A DNA stretch of 64,000 nt from Octopus vulgaris (taxonomy: Eukaryota), in NCBI GenBank assembly GCA_951406725.2, contig OX597817.1, forward strand, positions 70,680,001 through 70,744,000, given 5' to 3'. The position numbers and the translations under genes were made by a program. Below the pieces are notes generated by a model that saw nothing but the letters and a program-made list of their open reading frames with translations, searched no databases and had not been told where the DNA came from. Below are positions 37,820 through 51,520 of the stretch, piece after piece (the stretch's first letter is position 1; each line of letters starts with the position of its first letter).

Positions 37820-38478
37820 TGAGGGTGGGTTGAAAAGTTCATAGGCTGACTCAGGAGCAGTGAAGCTAGAGCTGTAAAACCTTCCAAGCATTAATTTCAA
37901 CTTTTTTTAGTAATAACTGCATTGTTTCTTTCCAGGTAAACTGACATCAGACTGATCAAAGAAAGCTTTGAAAGTAACTCGTAACTTCTCTTCAAAATGG
38001 ACAAAATTTGGCATCATTCTGTTATCAAGTACCTGCAGAAAAACGGTTTAGCTCCCAAGAACATTAATGCTGACATAGTTACGATACTAAGAGATGGTGT
38101 TCTAACTTTATCTACAGTGCAAAAGTGGGCAGCTGAATTTAGGAAGGGAAGAGAGAATCATAAAGATGACTAAAGACCTGGACATCTTGCAGCTACCACC
38201 ACTGAGGAAAACATTGATCATGTTCATAACACAGTGGTGGATGACAGGCAGTTAACTATAAATCAAATAGCCAATACATATCCTGTGAGATAGTTGAGAA
38301 TATTCTGCACAATGACTTTAGCACAATGAATGTTTCTGTTCAGTGGATGCCTCATCTTCTGACACCTGATCAAAAAGTGCATCAGGCTGGTGGAAAAATC
38401 TGACATTGCTTGAGGCAGATCCAGCTTGCTTCCTTGAATGTTTCCAAACCTAGGATAAGTGTCAGGTTCATCACTTAT
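37820..38478 (+). mobile_element. Mariner 5' half with left TIR, truncated at an RTE remnant
   Basis: TA|TGAGGGTGGGTTGAAAAGTTCATAGGCT; ATG at 37997 MDKIWHHSVIKYL..STVQKWAAEFRKGRE..QWMPHLLTPDQK. Confidence 0.85.
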
Positions 38479-38489
38479 TGTGAAGACCA

Positions 38490-40045
38490 ATGTTTGATAG
38501 GTGCTTTTTATGTGCTACCAGCATGGGTGCTAGATATGTGACACTGGCATTGGCCATATTGCCTCTGTGAGGCCCAGTGCTCAAAAGGTGCTTTTTGTGT
38601 GCCACTGGCATCAGCCATGACTACAATTTCACTTGGTTTGGCAGGTCTTCTCAAGCACAGCATATTATCAATACTCTCAGTCACTAGTCATTGCCTCCAT
38701 GAGGCCCAACATTCAAAGATCATGCTTCACCACCTCATACAATGTCTTCCTAGGTTTACCTCTTCCACAGGTTTCCTCCACAGTTAGAGATCAGCATTCT
38801 TTACACAGCTGTCCTCATCCATACACATCACAGAACCATACCAGCACAGTTGTCGCTCTTGCACACCACATCTGATGTCTCTTATGCTCAACTTTTCTTT
38901 CTAGATGCTTACACTCTGTCATACATGCACACTAACATTGCACATCCAGCAAAGCATGCTAGCTTCATTTCTTACAAGCTTATGCATCTCCTCAACAGAC
39001 ACAGCCCATGTTTCACTGCCATGTCTGCCTTTCACTCAGAGGGAGAAGCCCTTTGTTGCCAACAGAGGTAGGAGCTCTCTGAACTTTGCCAAGCTTATTC
39101 TTATTCTTGCAACTATGCTCTTGGTTCATCCACCTCCACTACTGACATGGTCACCTAGATATCGGAATCTATCAACTACCTCTAGCTTATCCACCTGGCA
39201 TTTGATGGAGTCTATTTTCTGTACATTTTTTGTACCTTCCACACACAAAAAACTATTTTCCCAGTTACCCTTCCTCTGATATTGCTGCATCTCTTATGTG
39301 TCCATAACTTGAACTGGGTACCTCTTATGGAGATTCTACATACACCTTTTCTACAGATCAAGCAAGACCTGAAAGCGTTTGTTATTTGTCTGCTTTCCTA
39401 CTTACTAAGACTTTGGTTTTTGCTAGGTTAACTCTAAGGCCCTTCGATTCTAGACTTTGCTTCTTCACCTGAAATTTCTTCTATAATTCTGGTTAAAGAA
39501 CAAGGTCATCAGCATAGAGGAGCTCCCAGGTGCAGCCCATCTTAAATTCTTCTGTTATTGCCTGGCGGACTATGATGAATAGGAGGGGGCTGAGGGATGA
39601 TCTTTGGTGGACCCCTACTTGTACTCTGAATTCATTGCTATACTCATTGCCAACCCTCACCTCACTGACTGCATCCGTGTACATGGCTTGTACAGCTCTC
39701 ACTAACTATCCCTAGTTTCTGCATTGATCTCCAGATAAGAGATTGGGGGACCCTGTCAAAGGCTTTCTCCATGTCAACAAAAGCCAAGTACGGAGGTTTA
39801 TCATTGACTAGGTACTTCTCCTGCAGCTGCCTTACCAGAAATATAGCACCAGTGATGCTTCTCCCTGTCACAAAACCAAATTGCATCTCATCTAGACTAA
39901 CTCTCTCCTTAATTAGTTTGGCTATGACCCTCTCCATGACTTTCATCACCTGATCCAACAATCTGATATTTCTAAGGTGTCACTTTTACCTTGGTCACAG
40001 TTGACTATGGTGCTGCTTCACTAGTTATTGAGTATGACTTGTTCG
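38490..40045 (-). mobile_element. RTE-clade LINE, RT domain to 3' region, decayed
   Basis: QFGFVTGRSITGAIFLVRQLQEK, AFVDMEKAFDRVP, VGVHQRSSLSPLLF, LLYADDLVL, GLRVNLAKTK. Confidence 0.9.
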
Positions 40046-41121
40046 TGTACCATATATGTGTGTGCGTGCATGTGTGTGTTTGTGTTTGTGTGTGTGTACT
40101 ATGCTATGGGCCCCTAACTCTTTGATGGTGTTGTGTGAGCACCCTCATATCAAAAATGGTATGTTCTAGTTGTTTTGGGATCTGGTGGAGCTCATCCCTC
40201 TCTAGCTCCGACCACAGAGATCCCTCTACTTGGCACTTCACCTCCATCTCACTCCCATTCTGTCTTACACTCTCACTCTCTCACTCCTTTCCACTCTCTC
40301 TGTCATTCTTGATCACTCTCTCTTTCTCTTGCTCTTTCCTTCTGACTGGGTAGCCATGTATCTCCTCTACAGCAAGACACCTGTTTCTATCCTTTTGTCA
40401 TACTCTAACCTGTCATCACCTGGCACAAAGCCATCTTCAATGTTCCACCTCTTAAAGGATCTTTGTCTTGCAAATTATTTGGTGACCCCACCAGTGTTGG
40501 TGCATCCAGTCTACACTGCAAAATGGTTAGTGTTTGGAAGGGCAATCAGCTATAAAAACCATGCCAAAACAGGCTTTGCTGGTGCCACACATGAGGCACT
40601 CAGTCCACTCTGTAAGGTGGTTGGTATTAGGAAGGGTATCCAACTATAAAACTCCCGCCAAAACGGACAGTGAAGCCTGGTGTAGTTTTCTGCCTTGCCA
40701 GCCCCTGTCAAACTGTCCAACCCATGCCAGCATGCAAAACACACATTAAATGATATAATGTGTGTGTGTATGAGCATTTAGAGTCTACATATATATGTAA
40801 AAAAATCCAGGTATCATAATAGTAAAACCATTGTACTGTTATGACACCCGGATTATCTACAACTGAAGAATTTCAGTCTTACATAGACTACAGTGAAAGA
40901 GTTTAGATACCTTGACAACCGGTGTTGGTGTGTTTACGTCACTGTAAATTCGTGATTCAGCAAGAGACCAATAGAATAAGTACCAGGCTTTAAAAAATAG
41001 TTACTGGGGTCTATTCATTCAACTAAAAGTTCAAGGTAGCGCCCCCAGCATGGCCACAGTCTAATGTATGAAATAGGTCAAATATAATTAAAAAAATACA
41101 CGCATAAAAATATGTGCGTAT

Positions 41122-41186
<65 letters not shown>

Positions 41187-41289
41187 TACTTCTGTAATAG
41201 TTTTTACTAACAGACACAGTTGCTTTTTGAAGCTACATTGAAACTTTTGTGGCTTTCCATGGTTTGAACATGCTTCCCCTTCACCTCTC

Positions 41290-41481
41290 AATAATAATAA
41301 CAATAATAACAACAACAACAACAACAATAATAATAATAATAATAACAACAACAACAACAACAACAACAACAATAATAATAATAATAATAATAACAACAAT
41401 AATAACAACAACAACAACAACAACAGCAACAACAACAACAACAACAATAATAATAATAATAATAATAACAATAACAACAAC

Positions 41482-41534
<53 letters not shown>

Positions 41535-41550
41535 CAACAATAACAATACC
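41290..41550. repeat. (AAT)/(AAC) compound microsatellite
   Basis: Direct reading. Confidence 0.95.
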
Positions 41551-42140
41551 AATAGAAACGACGATGATGGTGAATAAATAGTAAACAAATAAATCAATAA
41601 AACCCTACATAATACGTAAGTAGCTTTTATTTCTCTTCTACCCCACTTTGTAGTAAAGTTATTCTAGCAAGAGTGCATGTCGACCCAAATATCCGAATAT
41701 TCCTCCTCCTCTCTCTTCCTCTCTAACCTCATATCTTCCGCGCTCATCCTTCCCTACTCCTCCTCTCTTACTTCCTTCAACCCTATATCTTCTGTTCTCT
41801 CCGTTAAAAATGCTTTCTCTCACCCCCTCTCTTTCTCTCTCTCTCTCTCCGTCTTTCTCCTTTTCTCTCACGCGCTCTTTATTTTTTTACCTTTCTCCCT
41901 TCTCACGCAGTAACCCAATCTTGGCCCCCATCTCTTCCCCCTCTGTCTGTCTGTCTCTCTCTCTCTCCTAAAACAATTTTCTCTCTCTCTTTCATTCACT
42001 CAGTACCCAGTTTTCAATCTTCCTTCATTTGCCTTCCCTCTCCTCCCTCCTTTTCGCTCTCTCTTTCGCACTCTCTCTTCCTCTTTCTCTCCCGGTCATT
42101 CAGTAACAGTTTTTTCTTTCACTCTGCCCCCATCTATCTA

Positions 42141-42204
<64 letters not shown>

Positions 42205-42619
42205 CATCAACGCGCGCGTACACTCTCCCACACACAGAGGCACACACATTCCCATTCTCTCACATCTCATTTCTTACTCATTCTTCCTTCTCTCCTCACC
42301 CCCCTCTCTCTTTCATGTTTATCTATATATTTGCTTTCTTTTTACTTCTTCACTTGAGCAGCCAATCTCTCTGTTCCTTTCGTAAAACAAATAAGAACTG
42401 ATGATGTTCTGTCCGCCAAAAAGAAATACAAACAGTTCAAACACTGGAATATCTTTGAGAGCGGCGATGAAGAAGAAAAGTTAAACGTTTAATGGTTTCT
42501 TTCTTTTCGTACATATCTTCTTCCTTCACCCCCTGATCGTCCTTCGCCACCAGATCCTATTCTCTACCTTCGTTCCTCTTTAACTCATTCAATTACATTT
42601 TAGTCATTAATTTTCACTT

Positions 42620-43050
42620 GGATCTTTTCGGTTTGAACGGCAGTTTTTAAAAATAATTGCCACGTAACTAAACACTTTTAAACTTCGTATACTGGTAGAA
42701 TGTATTTATAAAACATCTTTTTTCTCTTGGCTTTATTGAGAAAATTCTATAGTTTGTAAGATATTTGTTGTTTTTTTTTCCTTCAGTTTCTGCAATTTCA
42801 ACCAATCAATGACGTATATTGAGGTGAAAACATTCTGTGCCGCATGAATATGTCCCTCGTTTAAGAAAAAGATTGGGTTTATTTACATTTCTGAAGAAAA
42901 AATTGATACCCTTCCCCCCACCCCTAACCCTAACTAACCCTAATCCTAAAACACATTAAAATGCAATAGATCGATACTAGGGTTATAATTATGGGTGACA
43001 ATTTCATATGACACCGCTAGGAAAAACTGCCTTTCAAACCGAAAAGATCC
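42620..43050. mobile_element. Non-autonomous DNA transposon with 29-bp TIRs and 8-bp TSD (GG termini; Merlin- or hAT-like)
   Basis: GGATCTTTTCGGTTTGAACGGCAGTTTTT / AAAAACTGCCTTTCAAACCGAAAAGATCC; TSD TTTCACTT at 42612-42619 and 43051-43058; related truncated copy at 43222-43430. Confidence 0.88.
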
Positions 43051-44218
43051 TTTCACTTTTCCCCATTTCTCTGTCTAATGTATGTATGTATGTATGTATG
43101 TATGTATGTATGTATGTATGTATGTATGTATGTATGTATGTATGTATGTATGGTACGTACGTATGTATCCCTAATTCTTATACCCTTTCTAATATTCTGC
43201 TTGAAAATCACCCTTCAACCAACGTTCTTTACCTTTTGACCGACAGATTTAAAAAATAATTTTTTGTAACTAAACACTTTCAAACTTCGGACACTGGTAG
43301 AATGTGTCATATAAAACATCTTTTACTCTTAGCGTTTTTGAGAAAAGCTTATATTTAGGAAGTTATTTCACGTTAAAGTTATAGTATTTCGGTAATTTCA
43401 TCCAATCAATGACGTGTATTCAGCTTAATAAAATTACTGCTGTTGTTTGTCAAACAAGAACTTCCGGCGGTATATTTCGTTGATTCAGTCCTTCTCGCAA
43501 AACAAATTAAGTAGAATTTGGGATTTTTTGCGGAGGGGTAAAGTGGTAACAAGAACAAGACAGTAAAAACAATTAAAGTAAAAACAGTGAAAGACAGGAC
43601 AAAGAGAATAACACAGTAAAAACAAACGATGAGGGTTGTTATGTCAAGACCATGGAAAAATTATTCTGAACGCATTAAGGAGACAGCTTATGAGAGGGAC
43701 AGGATAAGCCGTCTTGTTTCGGTGAAGATAGCAGTTGGAAAGAAGGCTTCCCTTTCGTCACGTGTCAGTGACGAGAGAGTCGAGGAGGAGGAGGAGGGGG
43801 AGTAAGAGAGAGGGAACGGTGAAGGGGAGAGGAGAAGAATAGGGAAGGGTGAGAGAGAAAACCAGAAAGACTGAAGAACAAGAGAGGGAGAGAGATAGAC
43901 AGAGGAGAATTAGTAAAAGTTGGAGAGTGCGCATCATAATTATCAAATTAAAACTTACTTGGAAAAGGATGCGTGGTGTTCGATCATATAATAATATAAA
44001 TAATATATACATACATATATGTACATACATACATCTATACCTATATATACATGTATATATGGGTACAAGACATAAAAAAACACAATGAAAACCGAAAACA
44101 TAAAAACAAAAACATGGAAACGAACTTTTTTCAAACAAAGAAAAACAGAGTACAAGACATACAACACAAGGAATATTCCCCTTCTTCAGTTGTCCCTGTT
44201 TCGTCTACTCTGCGTTTC

Positions 44219-44287
<69 letters not shown>

Positions 44288-44696
44288 TGTAAATCCCGTT
44301 CTGTCTCTGTGTGTGTAAAAGATTATAAATGCCGTATTTTTCAACTGATTTTCTTCAAACTGGGAACATACATTACTTATATTCCAAGGATGGTTTTAGA
44401 CTCTTAAAATTTTTCACATAATGAGTAACGGGCTGCCTGGGGGTAGAAAAGACCTGTTCCTGAGTTACGTGGAGAAGGGAGTGAACTATTTGTGAAGTCA
44501 CTTTCAGAAATTGATTGTCTCCCTTACATTCATTGGTTATAAAAAGAAAAGATATTGCTTTTATCTTAGATTCACGTCTTTGAAAGTTTAAAAAAAAAAT
44601 TTACTTCCGTTTTTCTCGCGTCAGTGACGTCTACATCTCTCTAACCATATCTCTCACTATCCATTCTCTATTTCTTTATCTATATCTCTCTACCCA

Positions 44697-44797
<101 letters not shown>

Positions 44798-45843
44798 ATC
44801 TATCTCTATCTGTCTATATCTATCTTATATGTATAACTAGCTAGCGCTCGCTCTCTCCCCTCTCTCTATTACCCACTCACTCTCTATTGTTTTCACTTTC
44901 AGTTCAATCGCTGTTGTTTTCGCTGTAAGTTTTCAGTCGCTGTTTATAAACGACAACGACAAATTACTGACAGAAAGCAGCTCACAATTACTGGTGAAAG
45001 TAATTTCATACATAATTTACTGACAGAAGTAATTTCATAAATTTCACTTCAATCCGTACACTTTGTGAAATTTTGCCTACAAATTTCTTATCTACTTTTG
45101 CAACACTTTTTTTTATGGAATCTCTTATTATAAAAGGCAGATTTTATCTGCCTCCCTTTGGGAGTTATAGAAATCTACAATATAGGATTTCTTCAATTAC
45201 AATTTACCTAGCAGTTTTAAGAGTACAATGCATCGCGTCATGCCAGGTCCAGTTTTTAAAATTTAAACTCCAATTAAGCAAAATTTACAGAAAACTCACA
45301 TTCTGGTGTGTGTGTCAAATGCTTTTCTTAGTCTGGTTTACACCACACGCAAACGCACACACACAGTGGGCAACGAATAAAATGAAAGTAAATAGCGACA
45401 GAGTGATTTGACGAAGACTAAAGTGAAAGTATTCTGTCTATGACGCTGATAGATACATGAGTAAAATGTATGGGAAGCTAAGAGCTAAGAGTGAGTGAAA
45501 ATGTTCTTGGAAGAGAGTAATTAGTAATAAAGTAAACATACACTCATACATACATACATACATACATACATACATACATACATACATACATACATACATA
45601 CATACATACATACATACATACACACATACACACACACATACATACACACACACATACATACATACACACATACATACATACATATACATACATACATATA
45701 CATACATACATACACACACACACATACACACACACAGTATTGAAGCTTGAGAACAATCAGATACATTTGCAACACATCTGTTGAAAATATTATTGTTCAC
45801 ACACATACATATACATATATACATACAGACAGACAGACAGATA

Positions 45844-45877
<34 letters not shown>

Positions 45878-45959
45878 ATCCAGCATGGCCACAACCTCAA
45901 GGCTGAAACATATAAAACAATAACAGAATATAAATGTGTGCAAAGTACAAGAAATATTA

Positions 45960-46290
45960 ATGCAGTATATGGGGATTGGACAATAAGCGTAAGGCAGTGT
46001 CAATGATGGTTCCAGAAATCCCGAGCCATAAACTACAGCCTAGAAGACGAGCCTCATCCTGAAAGATCTGTAGAACTCGACAAGGACATCCTGAAAACCC
46101 TGGTGGAACAAAATCTCATCGTAAGTGTTGAGGAACTAGCAGAGAAGCTTGGATTTGGTCATTCAACCATTTATTGACACCTGTGTGCTATCGGAAAAGT
46201 CAGCAAATTGGGTCAATGGGTTCCTCACGAACTTTCCGAGTCTAATTGCATGCAGAGAGTGAATGTATGCTTTTCTTTGCTGTCATATCT
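45960..46290 (+). pseudogene. Mariner transposase N-terminal fragment
   Basis: SLEDEPHPERSVELDKDILKTLVEQN..EELAEKLG..GKVSKLGQWVPHELS. Confidence 0.85.
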
Positions 46291-46312
46291 CACCACTACT
46301 GCGCTATGTATA

Positions 46313-46948
46313 TCTATATATATAAAACTGTAGTTGTGTGAGTGTCTGTCCCCTTCGATTTAGATTCCTAACTACTCCCACATTTTGCGGTACAGTTTAA
46401 CCAAATTCGGGTAGCTTATAGTCGTGATTCATATCGAGCCCGTCTGAATATTAGCGCGCGTCTACGATGAGTATACGATTTTAAAAATAATTTAACATCA
46501 TTTTTTATTCCATTTTAATGCATAATTTTTCGTGTGTCGATGGCGGCGGAGTTGGCGTCCACGCTCACACCTGCACCTGTGGGGAAGGGAGTGTGAGGAA
46601 ATCAACGTCGTAATGCGTTGTCAAGGAGATCAGTGTTCTTTTAGAACAACGACTTCATGGCTTGATACACCAAAACAGAAATGGCTAAGAAAGCGTCTAC
46701 ATGAGTCTACGATTTAAAAAAAAAATTACCATCGTTTTTTTTCCATTTTAATGCATTTTTTCGCTATTATATAAGGGTAGTAACTCTCTAAAAATGTCTA
46801 CGATGAGTCAACGATTTAAAAAAAAATTTACCATCATATTTTTTCCATTTTTAATGCATTTTTTGCTATTTTTTGGCTATAACTCTCTAAAAATGCTTAT
46901 ATAGTTATTTCCCTTACAAACCCGAGCAACGCCGGGCGATACTGCTAG
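46313..46948 (+). mobile_element. Non-autonomous Helitron
   Basis: A|TC start, subterminal hairpin CCCGAGC-AAC-GCCGGG, CTAG|T end; internal ~60-bp unit repeated near 46460, 46694 and 46796. Confidence 0.85.
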
Positions 46949-47283
46949 TTACTAATAAAAGTAAGTTTATAATTTACTGAGAGAAGTAACTTCAAAAATT
47001 TCACTTAAATCCGTACACTTAGCTAATTTCCTTAAAAATTTCTTATTTACTTTTGCAACAGTTTTGTGTTTTTATGTTGTTAACGGCCTTTTTCTGGTTC
47101 CTTCGATACTGGCTCTTTGGTTCACTGACAAATTTCACTTCAACCCATACAATTCTTTATTTTCCGTAAAACATTCGTATTTGCTTTCTGCCCGTCGTAT
47201 TAAGAAATATAATGTCCGTTACCTAGTTATTTTCATTGTTTATTATCTTCTGCACCCGTGTATTTCTGTATACATATATAACC

Positions 47284-47905
47284 ATGCCAAGAAGAAAAGT
47301 GTCAAATTTGTCTACAATGTCAAGGTCAGCCAAAAGAATATGATCTGTCCAGGGAAAGAGAGACAGCTGCAGAAAGAGAAGCACGCCAAGAAGCGAACAG
47401 ATTGTGCACTACGAAAGCCAGAGCATCTCAAAGTGATGAACAGAGGTATGCACGGCTAACAAGGAATAAGATCTCCACTGCAGAACGAAGAGCAGTTGCA
47501 ACAGCTCAGAGAAGCAAATTCTATGAATCAGCTTTCAGTTATGATCCAGCAGTCCATCATGCAGATGACACTAGAGTTTCCATTGGTGCAATGACAACTG
47601 AGTGCATACATTGTAAAGCAAGGAAGTGGCCCGGAGAAACACCTGCACTGTGCTGCAGTGGAAAGGTTAAACTCCCTGCAATCCCCTAAACTCCTGAGCC
47701 ATTGACGAAACTTTTGTTATCAACCGGCCAAGATTTCGACCACTTACAAAACAAAATTATACAATACAACGCTGCACTACAGCTGACATCATTTAAAACC
47801 ACAAGAGATTTAACTGAGCCGGGATTCATGCAAACTTTCAAGATCCAAGGTCAGATTTATCATTGGATTGGCTCTCTACTACCTCTGTCAAATGAGACAC
47901 CAAAA
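47284..47905 (+). pseudogene. Helitron Rep/helicase N-terminal remnant
   Basis: AFSYDP..IGAMTTECIHCKARKWPGETPALCCSGKVKLP..IQYNAALQLTSF..GFMQTFKIQGQIYHWIGSLLP. Confidence 0.88.
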
Positions 47906-48214
47906 TCGGCCTTACATTGTTTACGATCTGTACCTGTTTTATTTATTTATTACGAAATAAGCTACACAAAACGTGTTTTTGAATTACGTGTATTTACTTT
48001 ATATATACATCTATGAGTTGAAAACTTTCTTTTAAGATTTCACTTAGCGTCTATGTCCCATGCTGGCATGGGTTGGAGAGTTATCAAAGTAGGAAGTTGG
48101 TATCTCCACTACTAGCAGTTGAGACTTACGTAATCTTACGTAATCTGTTAGTATATAAATATATATATGTACCCATATTTATATATTACTCTCCCGATTT
48201 TTTTAATATTGATT

Positions 48215-48422
48215 TTAACTTTTGGCACAATAATTTTGGGGGAGGGGTATGTCGATTACATCGACCGCATTGTTCAATTGGTACTCTATTTTATCGATCC
48301 CAAAAGAATGAAGAGATAAGTCGACCTCGGCGAAATTTGAACTCAGAACGTAATGACGGACGAACTTCTATAAGGCAATTTTATCCGCCGGCATGCTAAT
48401 GATTCTGTCAGCTGGCCGCCTT
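48215..48422 (-). mobile_element. Nin-like SINE
   Basis: Family match to 10112. Confidence 0.75.
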
Positions 48423-49099
48423 CTCGATCTTTCATATATTAAACTTCGATATCATCACCATTAAAAGAAAAGTTATGCTTATTCACTCACCTCTCTTTTT
48501 TATTTTTTCTTTCCCTGTCTCCCTCTCACAGTCTCACTTCCTCAATCATTCATCCGTCTTTCTCTTTCATTCATTCCCCCTTCTCTTTGGATCCTAACTT
48601 TGATAATCTCAACTTATTGAAATGTGAAGCATAACTCCACTCCGTTTGTTCCGTAGTTTGTAAACAGGAAATGACTTAGAGACCACTCTCATTTTGACTC
48701 TTCGTGAAAAAATGATTCCATGGTCAAATAACTGTTCAATTTCATGCCAGATTTCAAGAATTATAAAAAAAGAAAAATTCAAAATATCGGGAAAGAATAT
48801 TGCGCAATTAACCGAAATTGACTTCATTTGCCTATGCAAAGTAACTGGTCAAATATATCTATGTATGCGTGTGTGTGTGTGTGTGTGTATATATGTGTGT
48901 GTGTGTATGTGTGTGTGTGAGTGTGTATGTGTAGCTGTATTTATATATGATGTACGCATGTATGCATATGCATACGCATGTGTATGTATGTAGGTAGGTA
49001 TATATATATATATATATATATATACAATTATACATAAATACACATAACTGCATATAAATATGTGTGTGTATGCGTGTATTTATATATGTAGTTGGCCAC

Positions 49100-50190
49100 A
49101 TAGAGGGTCCTATGAGGGAAACGCGTGTCAGATATCACTAAATGCCCAAGTCGTCTCAAGTGATGCCTGTACAGAGTTGATTCAATGCTGTTGGTATTGA
49201 TTCGACGGAGGCACATTGTGTCTGTAAACCTATAAAAGAGGTAAACTGGAAATATCTTATGGATACACTGGATTTTAAAGACCACCTGGGTCTTAATGTG
49301 TTGGCTGTATGTAGTCCATTTCTCGCTGTTCAAGAAGATTGAAACACAGACTGCCCTTTTAGGGATTCCAGAATATGATCTACTAGAGTACAGTGGTCAG
49401 AATTACTATAACGTAATCACCTGCTCAAATCTGAGCTTCGTGTTGATTCGAAACCTAATATTGAGAAGAATCTTTGCCCTCTAGGTTACATACAGAATCC
49501 AGTATGCAGCCTTGTCAGCGAAGGGCACCAACAATAACTTCTCCGACAGATCTGCAAATGCCACGAATCTCCTCGCATTTCTCCTGAAGCTTCCGCGTAT
49601 GGAAGTTCATGCCAACGGTACCTCGATATCCGCGGAAAGTGCACTGAAAATCTGATGGAATATGTTCTAGTATTGATTTCAAATGTTGGCACAACGCCAG
49701 CAATTTTGAGGGAGGGGTTTAGTCGATTAAATTAACCCCAGAGTTCAACTGGTACTTATTTTATCAAGCCCGAAAGGATGAAAGGCAAAGTTGACCTCAG
49801 CGGCTTTTGAACTGAGAACGTAAGGACGGACGAAATGCCGCTAAGCATTTTGCTCTGTGTGCTAGCGATTCAGTCAGTGCGCCGCCTTTGATATGTTCAA
49901 ATATAAATTGGACAAGTAAAAAGATTTTGGATAGAACCTTCCCAGCAGGGGACAATAGTGATATATCTTGTTTTTGTTAATGGTGACGATATCAGAATCC
50001 TTCAATGTTGGGGCATATATACCCTTGGCTTCATGATTTTGTCATGTAGTGATGAAGTACTCTTGTGCAGACGTAACCGCCTTCCTTCTAGGTCATTGCT
50101 AGTGTTTCGATGGTGGCACAAACTTTGGCAAAGGTCTGTGACTTGTCAAAGTTGTGGATAACAGGAATTTTATGTAATTCCCTCTTGATT
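49100..50190 (-). mobile_element. Highly deleted RTE/BovB-like LINE remnant
   Basis: LKDSDIVTINKNK, ISLLSPAGKVLSKIL, FQCTFRGYRGTVGMNFHTRKLQEKC, SIESTLYRHHLRRLGHLV..DTRFPHRTLY. Confidence 0.75.
49675..49888 (-). mobile_element. Nin-like SINE inserted in the RTE remnant
   Basis: Family match; approximate TSD ATATGTTC(T/A)A(G/A)TAT at 49660 and 49891. Confidence 0.8.
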
Positions 50191-50200
50191 GATAGATCTA

Positions 50201-50464
50201 CAGTCGTGGCGAAAAGTTGGCAACGTAAGTTTAATAATTAGAATTTTTATATTAAATGCCCAAAGTTATATCTAATTTGCAATATTATTATTACTTGGCC
50301 AAAACTTTAGATCATAGGTCTGAACATTTTTCTTCTAGATATTGGAACATGGGACCAATTATTAGGTAAGTATATTTCTACGATGTCTACATTTGAACCG
50401 AATTGTACTTGGGGATAACAATTTTAATTTTTAAAAAAATGTTCCAAACTTTTGGCCTCGACTG
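50201..50464. mobile_element. Tc1-like MITE
   Basis: TA|CAGTCGTGGCGAAAAGTTGGCAAC ... GTTCCAAACTTTTGGCCTCGACTG|TA. Confidence 0.85.
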
Positions 50465-50576
50465 TACTGGTTTACAATGGTTTGGGAACTAATTGATGTA
50501 TACTTCTAAGCACTCCACTTAGGTTGACAGGGCTTCTTACAGTAGATGCATGCCGTCCGATAACTTGACTGACACT

Positions 50577-50946
50577 AGGACAGACAAACGGATTAAGTCG
50601 ATTATATCGACCCCAGTGCGTAACTGGTACTTATTTAATCGATCCCGAAAGGATGAAAGTCAAAGTCGACCTCGGCGGAATTTGAACTCAGAACGTAGCA
50701 GCAGACGAAATACCTATTTCTTTACTACCCACAAGGGGCTAAACACAGAGGGGACAAACAAGTACAGACAAACGGATTAAGTCAATTACATCGACCCCAG
50801 TGTGTAACTGGTACTTAATTTATCGACCCCAAAAAGATGAAAGGCAAAGTCGACCTCGGCGGAATTTGAACTCAGAACGTAACGGCAGACGAAATACGGC
50901 TACGCATTTCGCCCGGTGTGGTAATGTTTCTGCCAGCTCGCCGCCT
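50577..50946 (-). mobile_element. Dimeric Nin-like SINE
   Basis: Reverse complement of the 10112-10460 arrangement, including the GACAAACGGATTAAGTC linker. Confidence 0.85.
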
Positions 50947-51520
50947 TGTTCGACAAAGAATCTGTCTACCAAATACCTTTTGCAAATGCATTTAAGTTAC
51001 ACACGCACGCACGCACACACACACACACATACACACACACACACACATACACACATACAGACATACACACACAGACACACACACACAGACACACACACAC
51101 AGACACATACACAAAGTTTGAGAAGTGCCAGCGCACCAAATACCTCTTGCAAATGCATTTAAGTCATCTCCACCCTAATATATTAACCCAACATAACCCC
51201 CAGCACCAAACATATAAACTGAAAGCAACAATAGACCCCCCTTAACAACACAAACCCTCATAACTCCGACTATAATTCCACTGCTAACACTCGATACTTA
51301 AATTTACCACAGCGCCCAACTATACCTCATATAAAAAAAGAACAACACAGAAAATGCCATCAGACACAATAACTATCATATTATACAACCCCACAACACA
51401 ACCCTCAACTCCTTAACAAATACTAATCTTAACGCCAGCAATAATAACAAACCTAACACCGATTCCCCACTAAATAGCAATCCCTTCACAAATCCATCCG
51501 GAATACCCCCTACAAACCTA

